Of a DNA stretch of 64,000 bases, positions 1 through 12,856 are shown one piece after another. Every line of letters starts with the position of its first letter. The stretch's first letter is position 1. This DNA is from Leptogorgia sarmentosa (lineage: Eukaryota), in the NCBI GenBank assembly GCA_964658305.1, contig OZ210884.1, positions 8,308,001-8,372,000 on the forward strand, read 5' to 3'. The position numbers and the translations under genes are program-made. The notes beneath the pieces are model-generated. The model did no database searches. It was not told where the DNA came from and worked only from the letters and a program-made list of their open reading frames with translations.

Positions 1-344
1 ACTGGGGAGGAGGGAGTGCTGAAGATTGTAAGACAGTTTTTTATATCAGAACTCCACAGGATATTTCAAATCGTTCACAATTTAAATAACTAGCGTTCCT
101 CACGCTATGTCACTGGGCTTAGAAATACGTCAAATATTCAACACTTTTTCTACTTTTTTAAAAATATTTTCGTCACAAAAGAGAGCTACATAGTTGAACA
201 CATTTTTTTATCAGTTGGAGTTATTTCTTTTTAAAGGACCTTGAGTTTTCAGTGTCTGACAGTCAAGATCCATTGGATCATTACGACAAAAATCCAGCGA
301 AGAAGAAGAAAGCCAGTGCAGCTGCACAAGCAATTGTAATATAA
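1..344 (+). CDS. Probable 3' end (last two exons) of an unidentified gene
   Basis: 1-27 reads TGEEGVLKI followed by donor GTAAGA. Acceptor tttctttttaaAG precedes 237-344, which reads DLEFSVSDSQDPLDHYDKNPAKKKKASAAAQAIVI*. Phases match (0/0) and AATAAA occurs downstream (~485, ~589). No recognisable domain. Confidence 0.4.
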
Positions 345-2564
345 ATGTTAACGATACAAGTACATAACATTATTTTGCGTGTTATCCATTAAAACATTGA
401 ATTTTTGTTAAAAGAAATAGTTGGATTAATTTAAATTGACTTGTTAATTGTTGTATAAAGGAAAGACTCCATTGAGTAATTAAAAATAAATTAAATACAG
501 TAAATACAATTCATATACCTTATGTTAATTATTTCAATGTACAGTGTAAAAATATTACTATAATAATTATATTGTTGTACAGTTTATAAATAAAAGTTTT
601 ATGAAATGTTTAAGATTGGTCAGTACGATCGTCGCAATTTTACTCACTATATATATCCACAGATATGGCGTTTTAAGCCAAGACAAGATAACTGGGGAAT
701 TCCCTATGATGGAGCTGCACAACACATAGGATTCAGAAATATATTGAAACAGGAAAATTCATCCTCTGGGATTTCATATTTTGTGTACAGTATAAGTAAA
801 AGCAAAACAGGATAAAAGCACTGTGATACAACAAAACGATTCTGTTTTTAAAGAAACATAATTATTCATGCGCGCAGGTTCTGTTCTTTTTGGGACACCC
901 TGTACATGCATCTTGACAATAAACACGCATTACCCCAAGAAAGGCCGTCCTTGGTAAACACTATAAACCCTAAAACGTTAAGATCCAAAGTTCAATGAGA
1001 CCAAGGTTCAAACGCTAGAATTGTTTGGAATAAATTATTCCTGTAGCCCACCTCCTCCACAGGCGTTTTTGTGGCTAGCCCGCTTGCAGGCACGCCACTT
1101 TACATTACTCTGACAAACGCGATGATGAGGGTGAGCGGCGTTGTCGGCATTCTTCGTGATATATCGTAAATGCGAAATTGAACCGACAGTTTAGCGATTT
1201 TCTGTTTCGTCTTTTCTGAACATTTACGTATATCACAAAGCCAATGAAATCTCGCAGTCGTCATTCAAAAAAAATACCAGTATCAGGCAACTTGCATCCC
1301 GCAAAGTCAGCGAAAACTCGACAAAATTGATAAAAAACTGTGCTTGTTTTTCGTTATTTTCGATGTTGTTTTCCAAAAAAAATTGATGACTGAGCTTACT
1401 TTTTGTTGTTTAGTAAACAACATAAACAATAAAATATGATTCAATGTTGTACAGGTTTATACATATGGACTTTGGGGACATTATCTATAGTTAAAACACA
1501 TTGTACACGTACCGCTATATCTAGACCAATACCAGGCGTTGAGATAATCTTGGGTCTATTTCCGGAACCGGTTGACTGATTTTTTCCTTTTTCACCGAAT
1601 ACCCATGCATGCCCGTCGCGCAGCTGTGAAAGCAAATACGACGACAAAACAGCAGTGTTCTTTATGCAAAAATAAAAAAATCTCGCTATTGAATCGCGGT
1701 GTTGAACTTAAAATGGATGGGAAATGAAACTTGTTTAATTGATTCTAGGGACAGAATTATTGATTGTTATTAGAACGATCTAGATATATTCTATGAAACG
1801 AAGTCCTGAAAGATTTCATTGCCGACTCTCAATTGGCTTCCCTTATGCGCCACGCTAGACAATAAACGGATATAATCAGCATAAAATGTCATTGTCATTT
1901 CGCGCATTGAAACACTCCTGCATGTATTACTTCAGCAGGACTCATACGGTTGTCTACAGGCGTCTTTGAGCTAGTATACTTATTTTCGCGTCGTGTGAAG
2001 ACTTGCTCCAGAGATAGTCAGAAATCAGAAGAAAATTGGTAAGCTACCATTCGATATGTCCCAATCATAGCAGCTATAATACTCAGTGAATATAATTCAA
2101 ATTAAAAGTAAACAGTTGCCTTTAACATGGTTATTTAATTTTTATTTTTGCTTTGTTCATACCATGCTCTTCTCGCTATACAGCCAATACGATAAGGACT
2201 AGATATTTTTGCCTTGCGTGTAAAGTAATTTCATTTGCGCAAAAGGTTTTATTTGAATTGAATCCATGCAATACTTGTGGTGCCTATATATATTTGAGTT
2301 CAGCCAGGGACAATTTGGATGCATATGTCGGCACGAAGCTTGGTCGGATCTGTTTGAAAAATACATCCCATGCACGTTTACTTACATGCCTGTTCGGTTT
2401 TGAAAAGTAAATTTATTAATTCTTAGAATGTTAGCATGGAGAAAATAATATTTATAAAGTTTGCGATAATAAAATTACGTGGTGTAAACTACAAATTTTA
2501 TAATAAATAAGTAAATTTATATTTGAATTGGATCCATGCAATACTGGTGCATGTGGTGTCTAAT

Positions 2565-2861
2565 TAACAATTAGATTACGAGCTCGAGATTTCTATGCGG
2601 TGATAGTTGATGAGGGCGAAGCCCGAATCAACTATCATCTCGTAGAAATCGAGAGCGAGTAATCTAATTGTTTTAGTAGAATCAGAGATCAAACATGAAA
2701 ATATTGCAAAAAATAATTTAAAAACGCGTGTCAGAAGACATTTTCTTGAACGAAAATTCACATATTTTGCTACTCGCTATCTATCGAGGAATAGATAGCG
2801 AGTAGAGTAGCCAATCAAATTGCAGCATTTGCAATAGTATGCGAGTATGATTCTACTAAAT
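2565..2861. mobile_element. Hairpin/foldback repeat element
   Basis: Imperfect ~110-bp palindrome 2565-2673 (AACAATTAGATTAC...GATAGTTGAT gagggcgaagcccga ATCAACTATC...GTAATCTAATTGTT), a second inverted pair TTAGTAGAATC (~2672)/GATTCTACTAA (~2849), and an internal CTACTCGCTATCTA/TAGATAGCGAGTAG hairpin. Confidence 0.6.
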
Positions 2862-4192
2862 AATATTATTTCAAATTCAGAGACATTTCAAATTCAACAA
2901 CAAGATTTTCAAACGTTAAGGCCGGGTTGAGGGCGTTGGCGAGTGTTTTGACCGATGTTTTTTTATGGATTTATTAAGTTTGAAAAAGCGCCGAGATTGC
3001 ACTGTTTTATGTGCTGACGACAATAATTATCGCGGTTACAAATAAAGATTGGCATTTCACTTTATCCGGCGTCTGATAGGCTAGACAATGTTTAACGTGC
3101 TGTCCTGTTTTTCAATTGGAGTGGCTACACGACAGAGTCTTATGTAAACACGTCGAAAAATATTTAAGTATTTGAAATTATCGCGACAACTTTGACCATT
3201 TTTTCCCGACTTTAGGATCGCGCGTTCGTGGGTGGCTAAATGAAAGATTTTCGAATTTTGTTGAAGATTTTAAAATATAGAGAGGAAAAAATTGCCGTGT
3301 AACCGCGGCTTTATAACGGCCAATGTCACAGGTGGCTGATCCTGAGTTTAATAAAGCCAGAAGAAATGAGAAGCAAAGCCTCTTTGTTCTCATTGATTCT
3401 CAGCGAAGTGCTTTTATTCAAAACGTCGTAGAATTCTCACTTTTCTCTCAAGCCCGCCATTTTTTTATGTACAGTATTGTCCGATAACGCTATCTGCATC
3501 AAAACCTACATATTCTTGGTCAATAGAACCAGAGATTTTTTGTTGTGAGTTTTAAATGTTGTTCATTTTATAAAAGTTATTTCGAATTCGCGCGGAAGTA
3601 TAACAACGTACTTTCAACAACAACTAAAAATGATTTCTAAACGGAAAGACATCCCGTACATTAGTGCATGCAAGACCAACACTGCAGTCGTACGAATAAT
3701 CTTGAGCCGGAAATTCTATCAAACGCTTGACTGATTTTTTCCCTTTCCACCAAACATCGGCCCATGCCGCACAGCTGTAAAAGCAAATACGAGACAAACA
3801 GGACTTTTCCGCCACAAAGATAAAAAAATCGCGGCGTTGAAGAGAATTCATGACGTGCATGGAAAGTTGATCTTGCTTCAGCAGATCAAATATTTGCCGA
3901 TGCTGAGGGCAGAGTATTATTGTAGTTGAGCAATGTTTTAAACAAATGCGCATGCTCAGACTATTAATTGCACGCAGTTATTTGCAGGTAAATATTAACC
4001 AATCAAAATTGAGAATACTATACATGCACAACTAGCATTCGACCATTACGTACCGCCATAAAAACATTTTGCGCGCATTTACATTTCGGCACACTTTAGA
4101 TTTGTATTTTGGAAAATTTAAATAATGACCAAGAGTTCACACAATAAGCTATATAGATATGTTTGAATTATACAGATATATACTATATCACT

Positions 4193-7100
4193 ATGTGGAA
4201 AGTGTTCCTGGTGCACGTGGTGTTGGTGTCAATTGGTATTACTGAAGCGAAAAGAGGTACGCATCACTGACGAATTGTGAAAGGGCTGTTTTTTGATCGA
4301 GTGAAATTATATTTTATTGTCATGTCCCATGCAGAAAAAAATGACTAATCGTCCAAGCTTTTGTATATTGTTTTACTCAGACAGAATCTTTCTTTTCAGG
4401 TAATTGCACATCTACAGAGACTGAAAAGGGTGACTGTTGTGTATTTCCATTCAATTACAAAGGGGCAACCTACCACTCGTGTACGTTCGTTGATGGGTTT
4501 CAGCCATGGTGTTCACTAACTTCGGATTACGATACGGACAAGAAATTTGGTTATTGCGCGTTCAAAAGTAAGTAAATAACAGGACTTTTATTAGAATTAT
4601 TGCAATTACATATTTGGGTTACTATCAACTAGGCAAATATCTGTCCAATATTTAACCTAAGCAAGCCAGTTCCCCGCACAAAGAAAAGTAGTTAAAATTA
4701 TAAAAAATTTAGATTTTGTAACGAAATTTTGTATTCAATTCATATTATTTCCAGCTTGCGAAATTAAAACCACAGATGGGGATTGCTGTGTGTTTCCTTT
4801 TACATACGGCGGAGTTACGTACAACGCATGTACAAAAGCCGGATTGTTTGTTTCAACGCCATGGTGTGGCACAGCCTCAAACGTCGAAATGTTGCGGACC
4901 ACAGAAACATCGGGAGATTGTCAACTTTATGGTAAGGTGACTTAACATTTGTAATAGAGCCAGCTTAAGCAAACGTTACATGTTAAATCAGTTTTACTTC
5001 GAGGGTTCTTAGTGAGCTAGTAATTTTCGTAAACTTTGTCTTTTTGTTCTTTCGTTGCATGCTGGCACACTGAATGAATAGTCAGTCTGCAGTGTGTCTC
5101 AAAAAATGTCATTATAAATGCAATGATCATGTCGTACATTTAGATTTTTTCTAAGTGAAATATTTCAAGGATACTTTGTTAAGTTGATTATAATATAGCT
5201 TTGCTATTAGTTTGATGAATGTTTATCAACACACCACGGAAATATCGCCTTTTGATTTCTTTTCCTTATTTCCCAACTTCATTGAAATGCAGCAGAGAAG
5301 AGGCAATTATGGCAAAATGAAAACCAGTGATCCTCTCGGCGTTTCTACGAACTGAACATAAATCATGTTGGCATAAAACGAAATAGCTCCATTTTGAGCG
5401 CAATGTCTTCTGAAATTGAATAATTCACATGCAGTGATTTTGCATTTCGGCAATTCTGCTTTTCTTGGGAATTTAGTATTAAAACTGCTTTTCAGTAATG
5501 CGTTTTTTTAGAAGTCTAAATCCCTCTGTATTTCATGAGATATCCAGAGTCACATTTTTTTGAGACGCAGTGATATGATAATCATCTTATCATGTCCTTT
5601 CTTTTTGTTATCAGCTGACCCATGTTTTTATTCACCTTGCAAAAATGGCGGCAAATGTCATGGAGATGAGTTTGAATTCAAATGCGACTGCACTTCTGGT
5701 TGGGAAGGCAAAACATGTACAGAAAAAGGTTAGAATTATTTTAAGTTCTGTTTATATAGTTCTCATGACCAAACTTAATTACAAAATTTTAAGTAGTTTT
5801 AAATCATAGAATAACGAAAGATATAATCAAGTGATGAATACAGCAAAATGGATTTTTTTCAGGACAACCCTTTCTGAGCGCTGATCGGCTAAAACATGAA
5901 CACGAGATCACCTGGAAAACAATCGATTTCAAAAGAAATTAATACAACAACAAACGGATACATAAATATGCCCTCCCTCAATTCTATTTCTGGCTACGCC
6001 ACTGTACACATATAAGTTACCTCTGTTTTCACAAGTTTTTCCTTCATAACCTTCAGAACATTTGCAATAGAACTGCTTTTCCTCAATATCGGTGAAACAT
6101 TTCGCCCCATTTTGGCATGGAGAATTTTTGCAAGGATGCTCTGAAGAAAAACATGGATTGACCATTTAAAGACTCGACATATTTTGTGATTACATTTGCG
6201 CTTGTGGCATGAAACGATCGTATATATATTACATAAATTTATTTAATGAACAGCAACGTGAGGGGCGAATTTGTGTCGTCAGTGAGTTCGGGCTTAGACA
6301 CTTAAACCCCCCTTTTTTATACTGAAGTGCATGGCATGATATTTAACTTAATTTACGCGTATTTAACTACTGAAATTATACTAAAACAATGATTTACCTC
6401 TGTCTTGGTGATTATCAGTGAATAATCACCAATAATCACCTCGACATCGGTAAATAATAGCTATCTGACAAAAATATGAAATCGAAATGAAGTACATTAC
6501 GGGAGATATTTTTCGAAAAATGGATTTATATCCGACAGCTTGTTCCAGTCCATTTCATTTTAGTCCTTTTCAACAATCAGAACCTCTGGATTGCCGAAAA
6601 CGGCGAATTCAGAGTCCTGACTCCACTCCCTTGGTACGCTCGTTCAGGTGAACGAGTGACATTACCTTATTCCTTATAGATTTTTCCTGTCTCGTACGCT
6701 TATGAGATTTGCACATGCCATGCATGTAAAGTTGCCTCAGTTTTGAATTTTATTACAATTTGTTAACATTTTTCGTAGTTTACCCATGTGATAGCTCTCC
6801 TTGTGAAAATGGTGGAACTTGTGAAAATGTTGAAGACAACTTCAAGTGCACTTGTACAGAACATTATGAAGGAGATACTTGTGAATGCATAGGTAGGTTT
6901 GCTGACCTTTTTGTAGCTTATCCAATCCAATCTTATAGCAGGGGCCGGTTGTATCAAAGGACGGGTGTTTAGCTTAGTCGATGGTCAGGCAAAATTTTGA
7001 AAAGCAATCCTATTCATTTTACAACTAAATTTTATCAACTAAATCAATGTGTTGTTCTACAAATATATATAGTTGTTATGTTTAGACAGAAACAAATAAT

Positions 7101-10100
7101 TTGTTTGAAGACTTAGAATAATTTGTTATAGTTCATAATTTTGTTTTGATATTTCTGACATAACCACCGTTTAAGGCAAGTTGCTTCGATACAACCGGTC
7201 CTGTTGTATTTTTTGTGGTGTTGCAGTTTATTAATTCGAGACTAATTTTATTCTTTCAATTTCGTTTGCGTCGTCGTTGCGATTTCGTTCGTAGCTTGTT
7301 TCATGCTTTGGAAAATTTTCCAAAGAAAGTCGTGGTCTGTCTATTTCCCATTGATGATACTGACAGTATCTTAAGAATTTAATAAAAAACCTATTATTAA
7401 AACTACTAGTGGCTTGCCCTTCCTAATATGATTTGGTGTTACTTTGTTATTATGAAAGAGATACTTGTGCAAGCGGAGGTTGGTTTGTTAACATTTTATC
7501 ATTTGATTCATAATTGCAATGCTTTCTAGTTTCCAAAGTGTTGACTTTTAATTTGATTTGAATTTTATTTTCATTGGCGTCATCGCTGCAGTACTGCAGA
7601 AAGCAGCAATGAAAGTTCGTCAAATATTTCATTATGTATACTTATCATTGTACTTATTTAATTGTTTCAGTCGATCCTTGTACAATAAATCCATGTTTAA
7701 ATGGTGGCAAATGTTTGAGTGATCTGTCAGAATTTGCTACTTCATGTAGTTGCCCTGATGGGTATGAAGGAAGAACTTGTCAAAACAAAGGCAAGTTTAA
7801 ATGTGAATTCAAACATTTTATCATATTTTACTTATTTTTGTCAATTTTATTTTCTTCCCTTCAATTCCAAGGTTTCAATTTTTTGATACAATGGGATTTC
7901 CTTCTCTATCTGCTTTTACAATGTTTTTTACGATTAACTTGCGTGAAAACTGTTTAACAGACCGAAACGATTTAAAAAAAACAACCTATTAAAAAAAACA
8001 CGCGAAAGTATATATATATTAATTAGTTTGCGTTTAATAACAAAAAGTTGTTACAACATTATTTTCAGTTAATCCATGTGACGTTTCTCCTTGTGAAAAT
8101 AACGGGACATGCGAAAGTACCGAAGACAGTTTCAAATGTATTTGTCCAGAGCAATACGAAGGGAAAACGTGCGAATTAAAAGGTTCACATACTAGTTAAA
8201 TTTACTTAAATGTTTTGCTTGATGTTGGTTTTTTCGCAATTGACAATTTCGCAGCTTAGCAAATTTCGCAGACTTCAACGTCTGCTGGAGAATTACGCGC
8301 ACGCGTGCATGAGTTGCACGCTCATTAACACTTGTATTCCCCAAAAAAACTGGTCTGCACCGCAGCTGGTCAAAGCCCTGTTCAGATAAAAAAATGCTGG
8401 CGTAAACATATAGTCAGTATATCCGAAAAAATAATTGCAGGCAAAATATTTGAATTTTTTAGTGGATGTTTGCAAAAGTGAACCGTGTGAAAATGAGGGG
8501 GTGTGTTTTAGCGATTTGTCAAGAGATCAGTTTCTCTGCAGCTGTAAAGAGGGATTTGAAGGAGAAACGTGTTCGGAAAAAGGTAAGTGTCATAGATTTT
8601 TTCGGAAATTTTCATTTGAATAATGTTTACATTTATTTGTGTGCCAATTGCAAATACTTACATATTGACTGTATGAAAAGACAAAAATGAATTTGCCCAA
8701 TTAGCTCTTTATTTATGACACGTAGCCGGTGTCTTATAAACAATTCACAAAACTTCTAATGATAATGATTTGCAAAATAACATACAAAACCACAAGAAAG
8801 AAAGGATTATCTAGCAAATGATATCAGAATATATGTTGTCATTATACTATAGTAGGCTACTGTTTGATGATGAAGAGCACTTTGCTAAGCTAACACTTTG
8901 CTGAATTATTGCAAAGAGTTCCAGCAGTTCTTTAACGAAATTCTTTAAACAAGTTTACTTTCTTCAGATATGATATTCCACTCGAATTCCAAACTGTTAA
9001 AATCAAAAGTTTTATTTAAAGTATTCTATTAATACTACTTGCGATCATTATATTCACAGTTGATCCATGTAAAAATTCTCCCTGCAAGAATGGAGGAAGG
9101 TGTCAAAGCAAAGATGATGAATTTAGTTGTGAATGTGAAAAAGGATTTACAGGAAAGACTTGTGAATTAGGTATGCTATCGCTACAACATACCACACTTT
9201 TCCCGAAATATCATGTTGATAATCAGGGAATAAGTTCATCAAACTATCGCCGTTTTTCCTCTAATTTCTTGTTTTGTTTAACTGGGAAAACACTTTTTCA
9301 TACGTTTTAAAGGTTGCACGTCTACAGAAAAGGGTGATTGTTGTGTATTTCCATTCAAGTACAAAGGGAAAACCTATGACTCGTGTACGTTGGTTGAGTC
9401 CTCTAAACCGTGGTGTTCACTAACTTCAGATTATGATGCGGACAAGAAATATGGCTATTGTGAGCCTCAAAGTATGTATATCGGAATTTTGTATTTATTT
9501 GCATGATGGTGACGGCTATTAGAGCCGCGTCTTGAGGTTCACACACGTAAAAACGCACAGTTTTTGACCAACCTAAAAGCAGACTTGCCACAAGATTGTT
9601 CCAACAAGCCGATAATCAACTTGCTCAACATTAAGTAACAAAATTTCAACTTTGTAAATATACCTAACTATCCAAGCGTAATACGTGTTCGTGTAAACTT
9701 TCGAGTGTTCGTCCCAAGCGTTTATCGTTATCGAGTGCTAAATTTCTCTCGAGGGGGAGGGAATTGGTGGGGCAGAATTAAGTTAATATTCGGGAGGAAA
9801 ATGCCCCCCTTAAAACCGCCACTGCCTGCAGCAGACTTCAACGTACATTAAGCGGCTACAAGCTTGTTCTAACAACTTGTTATTTTTGACTTGCTTTTAA
9901 TCAATTTCCATAAACTATCACTATTTTCCCGTCCTTGTTCGGTGCTTGATGTATGTTCTTTATTTTTTTCAGTTAAGACATTTTCTTTTTCCTAATTTTA
10001 GGTTGTAAGACTACAGAAACTGAAAAGGGTGATTGTTGTGTATTTCCATTCAAGTACAAAGGGAAAACCTATGACTCGTGTACGTTGGTCGACTCCTCTA

Positions 10101-12195
10101 AACCGTGGTGTTCACTAACTTCAGATTATGATTCGCACGAGAAATATGGTTATTGTGTACCTGAGAGTAAGTGAATATAAATTTTGTTATAATTATATTC
10201 ATCTTTCGTTTTTTGTTTTTGTACGTTACATTAGCTACTTTTCTCTTTTCGTTGTTCTTGCATGTCATGATTTATACTTATGTAGTAAAGTAATACAGTT
10301 GTTGTTATTGCAATTGCAAAAATATTATCAAATATTTTTGTGGGGGGGGGGGGTGGTCTGAATCTGTATCTTAGCGTTTTCTGCGATCTGATTGGCTACG
10401 TGAGAGAGATACTTGTCAAAACAGAGGTAATATTACTTTTAATATGATTTAAACTTTCTTTTCACTGGTGTCATTGCTATTGGCACTTATAATTTTAACG
10501 TGCAAAACCACAGAAAAGAAAAAAATAAACAAACAAAAAAATTAGCAATTGATATCAAAATATATGCTGTCATAATACTATAATACCGTTTGATGGTGAC
10601 TGAACACTGCCAAAATCGTCTTGGCAGATGACCAAGCTATAATGCAAGTAATGCCATTTCCACAGATCACGAAATTGTTTGATTAAACAAATTTACGTTC
10701 TTCAAATGCTATTTCACTCAAATTCCAATTGTGATTATTATATTCACAGTTGATCCATGTGAAAATTCTCCCTGCAAGAATGGAGGAAGCTGTCATAGCA
10801 AGGATGGCGAATTTAGTTGCGAGTGTGAAAAATGGTTTACAGGAAAGACTTGTGAATTAGGTAACTAACATACCACATTTTCCCGACAAATCATGTTGAT
10901 GGTTAAGGTTTCATTAAGTACATCAAACTATCTTTGACAATATATATATTATACTGCTGGTACATTTTTTCCATGTAATCCATTGCCATGAACGCCTAGA
11001 AACATCGTCTTAAAATGGGTTAATATCACAAAGTTTGATTGTGAACTCAATATGTTGTAATATACAAAAACTGCAGCATTGCAAATTTGATTTTTTTTAA
11101 TGTATTTTATGTATACCACCATTGCAGCAACAGAGTCGAACCAAAATGAAGTTCTTATAAATATAATCTCATGAAGCATATAAATATATTTCCTTCTGAT
11201 ATACTAGTCATGTGCCCCAGTGGTTGGTCAAAGATTTTGGATGGTTGTTATCTGTTTGTGAAGAACACAGTCACTTGGGTAGTTGCTCAAGCAACTTGTG
11301 CGTCTAAAGGAGGAGTGTTGGCCATACCCACTAGTTATGCTTCTTGTGATTATTTGAGTAAAAAAGCAAGTAGCGCTGGGTTGGTTGATCCTTGGATTGG
11401 AGCGGCACGCGGGTAAGCTGAAAACCTCTAATCTCATTTCAAATACGTTATATATTACAAAGAAGAAAAAACCAGTGAGCTCTATATATTAAGCTCTCTA
11501 TTGCCACTGTTTTGGTAATACGCCAAGTGAAGCCAGAAAAAATCAAAGATGGCGGAATTTGAAGGAGTTGTTGGACGTCAGTTCCAGTCCCCCGCGTTGG
11601 TAAAAACACCTTGAATATTTCTAACTGGTTGTTCTGGGAAACCAAAAATTATTTTTAACTTTTAGACTTATAATCTAATGTCAATAAGTATACTATTCCA
11701 GATTTTTGCAAGTCTGGCGGAACGAAATTTGAAATGGAGAGGGAGGGGGGGGGGGGACTGATCCACCGACCGAGACACGGTCTAAGAGAGTCCAGGGAAA
11801 TGCACCCATCATTGTAAAAATAAGGACCTCAAGATAATGTTTAAATGGATAACGTCAGCTGGCTTTGAGTGCAGTGAACTACAGCGGAATATTTTTTTCT
11901 TGATTTTCCAGACAGAACGGAATGCTCTATGACGTTTGTGGTAAAACATTAGGTGCGGTGCCATGGGCTAAAGGCCAGCCAGATAACTGGCGGGGCAATG
12001 AAAACTGTGTCGAAATGTTGTTAGACCCGGAAAGAAGAGGACAACTGAATGACAAGGAATGCAACATTGGAAAGGGATTCATTTGTCAATATAAAGCAAA
12101 AGGATGTGAGTATGTTGTGTTATCTTTTGAAAACATTCCTACGTCCCTGAACTGACAGGGACCTAATAAATATTTTTCTTTTTAAAGGTTACTGA
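4193..12195 (+). CDS. Gene A: secreted FN2/EGF-repeat protein with C-terminal C-type lectin domain (~647 aa)
   Basis: Exons: signal peptide 4193-4256 (MWKVFLVHVVLVSIGITEAKR); FN2 4400-4567, 4755-4931; EGF 5615-5728, 6779-6892, 7671-7790 (GC donor), 8069-8182, 8463-8582, 9060-9170; FN2 9313-9471, 10002-10166; EGF 10750-10860; CTLD 11208-11412 + 11912-12105. All FN2/EGF exons are phase 1-1 with lengths divisible by 3. The last exon is uncertain: 12188-12195 (CY*) or 14010-14020 (SEW*, followed by AATAAA). Confidence 0.85.
5090..5572. mobile_element. Non-autonomous Tc1/mariner-like element
   Basis: Left end CAGTGTGTCTCAAAAAATGT versus reverse complement of right end CACTGCGTCTCAAAAAAATGT. The TA duplication is not cleanly preserved. 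Confidence 0.5.
6021..6140 (-). pseudogene. Inverted EGF exon inside an intron of gene A
   Basis: Minus strand reads ttttcttcAG | (E)[40 protein letters not shown] | GTAACT. It is 120 nt, phase 1-1, with all six Cys. Positional counterpart of gene B exon 18608-18727 ([39 protein letters not shown]). Confidence 0.85.
6939..7203. mobile_element. MITE with ~20-bp TIRs (Harbinger-like)
   Basis: Left CAGGGGCCGGTTGTATCAAAG versus reverse complement of right end CAGGACCGGTTGTATCGAAG. A related degenerate element lies at ~31168-31392. Confidence 0.6.
11208..12105 (+). CDS. C-type lectin domain of gene A (2 exons)
   Basis: CPSGW..GCYLF..TW..AQATC....GVLA..WIG, then W..GQPDNW.GNENCV...LND..C....FIC. 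This is a long-form CTLD with a QPD motif, split by a phase-2 intron (11413-11911). Confidence 0.9.
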
Positions 12196-12324
12196 AGGAA
12201 CGAAAAGAATGAATAAGGGAGTGGATTATCAATTGGGACGTTAGTCCTGTTTTCCTCTCCTGTAACTCCGGCTTTGTGTCATTGTTAGTTTAGGTGTTGC
12301 ATGCAAGTCCTGTAATTATCTATT

Positions 12325-12856
12325 TGTAATGTGTAATGCGTAATGTGTAATGTGTAATGTGTAATGTGTAATGTGTAATGTGTAATGTGTAATGTGTAAT
12401 GTGTAATGTGTAATGTGTAATGTGTAATGTGTAATGTGTAATGTGTAATGTGTAATGTGTAATGTGTAATGTGTAATGTGTAATGTGTAATGTGTAATGT
12501 GTAATGTGTAATGTGTAATGTGTAATGTGTAATGTGTAATGTGTAATGTGTAATGTGTAATGTGTAATGTGTAATGTGTAATGTGTAATGTGTAATGTGT
12601 AATGTGTAATGTGTAATGTGTAATGTGTAATGTGTAATGTGTAATGTGTAATGTGTAATGTGTAATGTGTAATGTGTAATGTGTAATGTGTAATGTGTAA
12701 TGTGTAATGTGTAATGTGTAATGTGTAATGTGTAATGTGTAATGTGTAATGTGTAATGTGTAATGTGTAACGTGTAATGTGTAATGTGTAATGTGTAATG
12801 TGTAATGTGTAATGTGTAATGTGTAATGTGTAATGTGTAATGTGTAATGTAATGTG
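12325..12856. repeat. (TAATGTG)n 7-bp tandem repeat
   Basis: Near-perfect array of ~530 bp; explains the HITHYTL ORFs. Confidence 0.97.

Noticed and set aside
606..3953. Short ORFs (60-109 aa) in the first 4 kb
   Set aside because: No domain-like motifs or consistent splice structure; they overlap repeat fragments.
5760..6740. Recombinase-driven invertible switch around the flipped exon
   Set aside because: I found no flanking inverted recombination sites and no recombinase in the window; a one-off inversion is the simpler reading.
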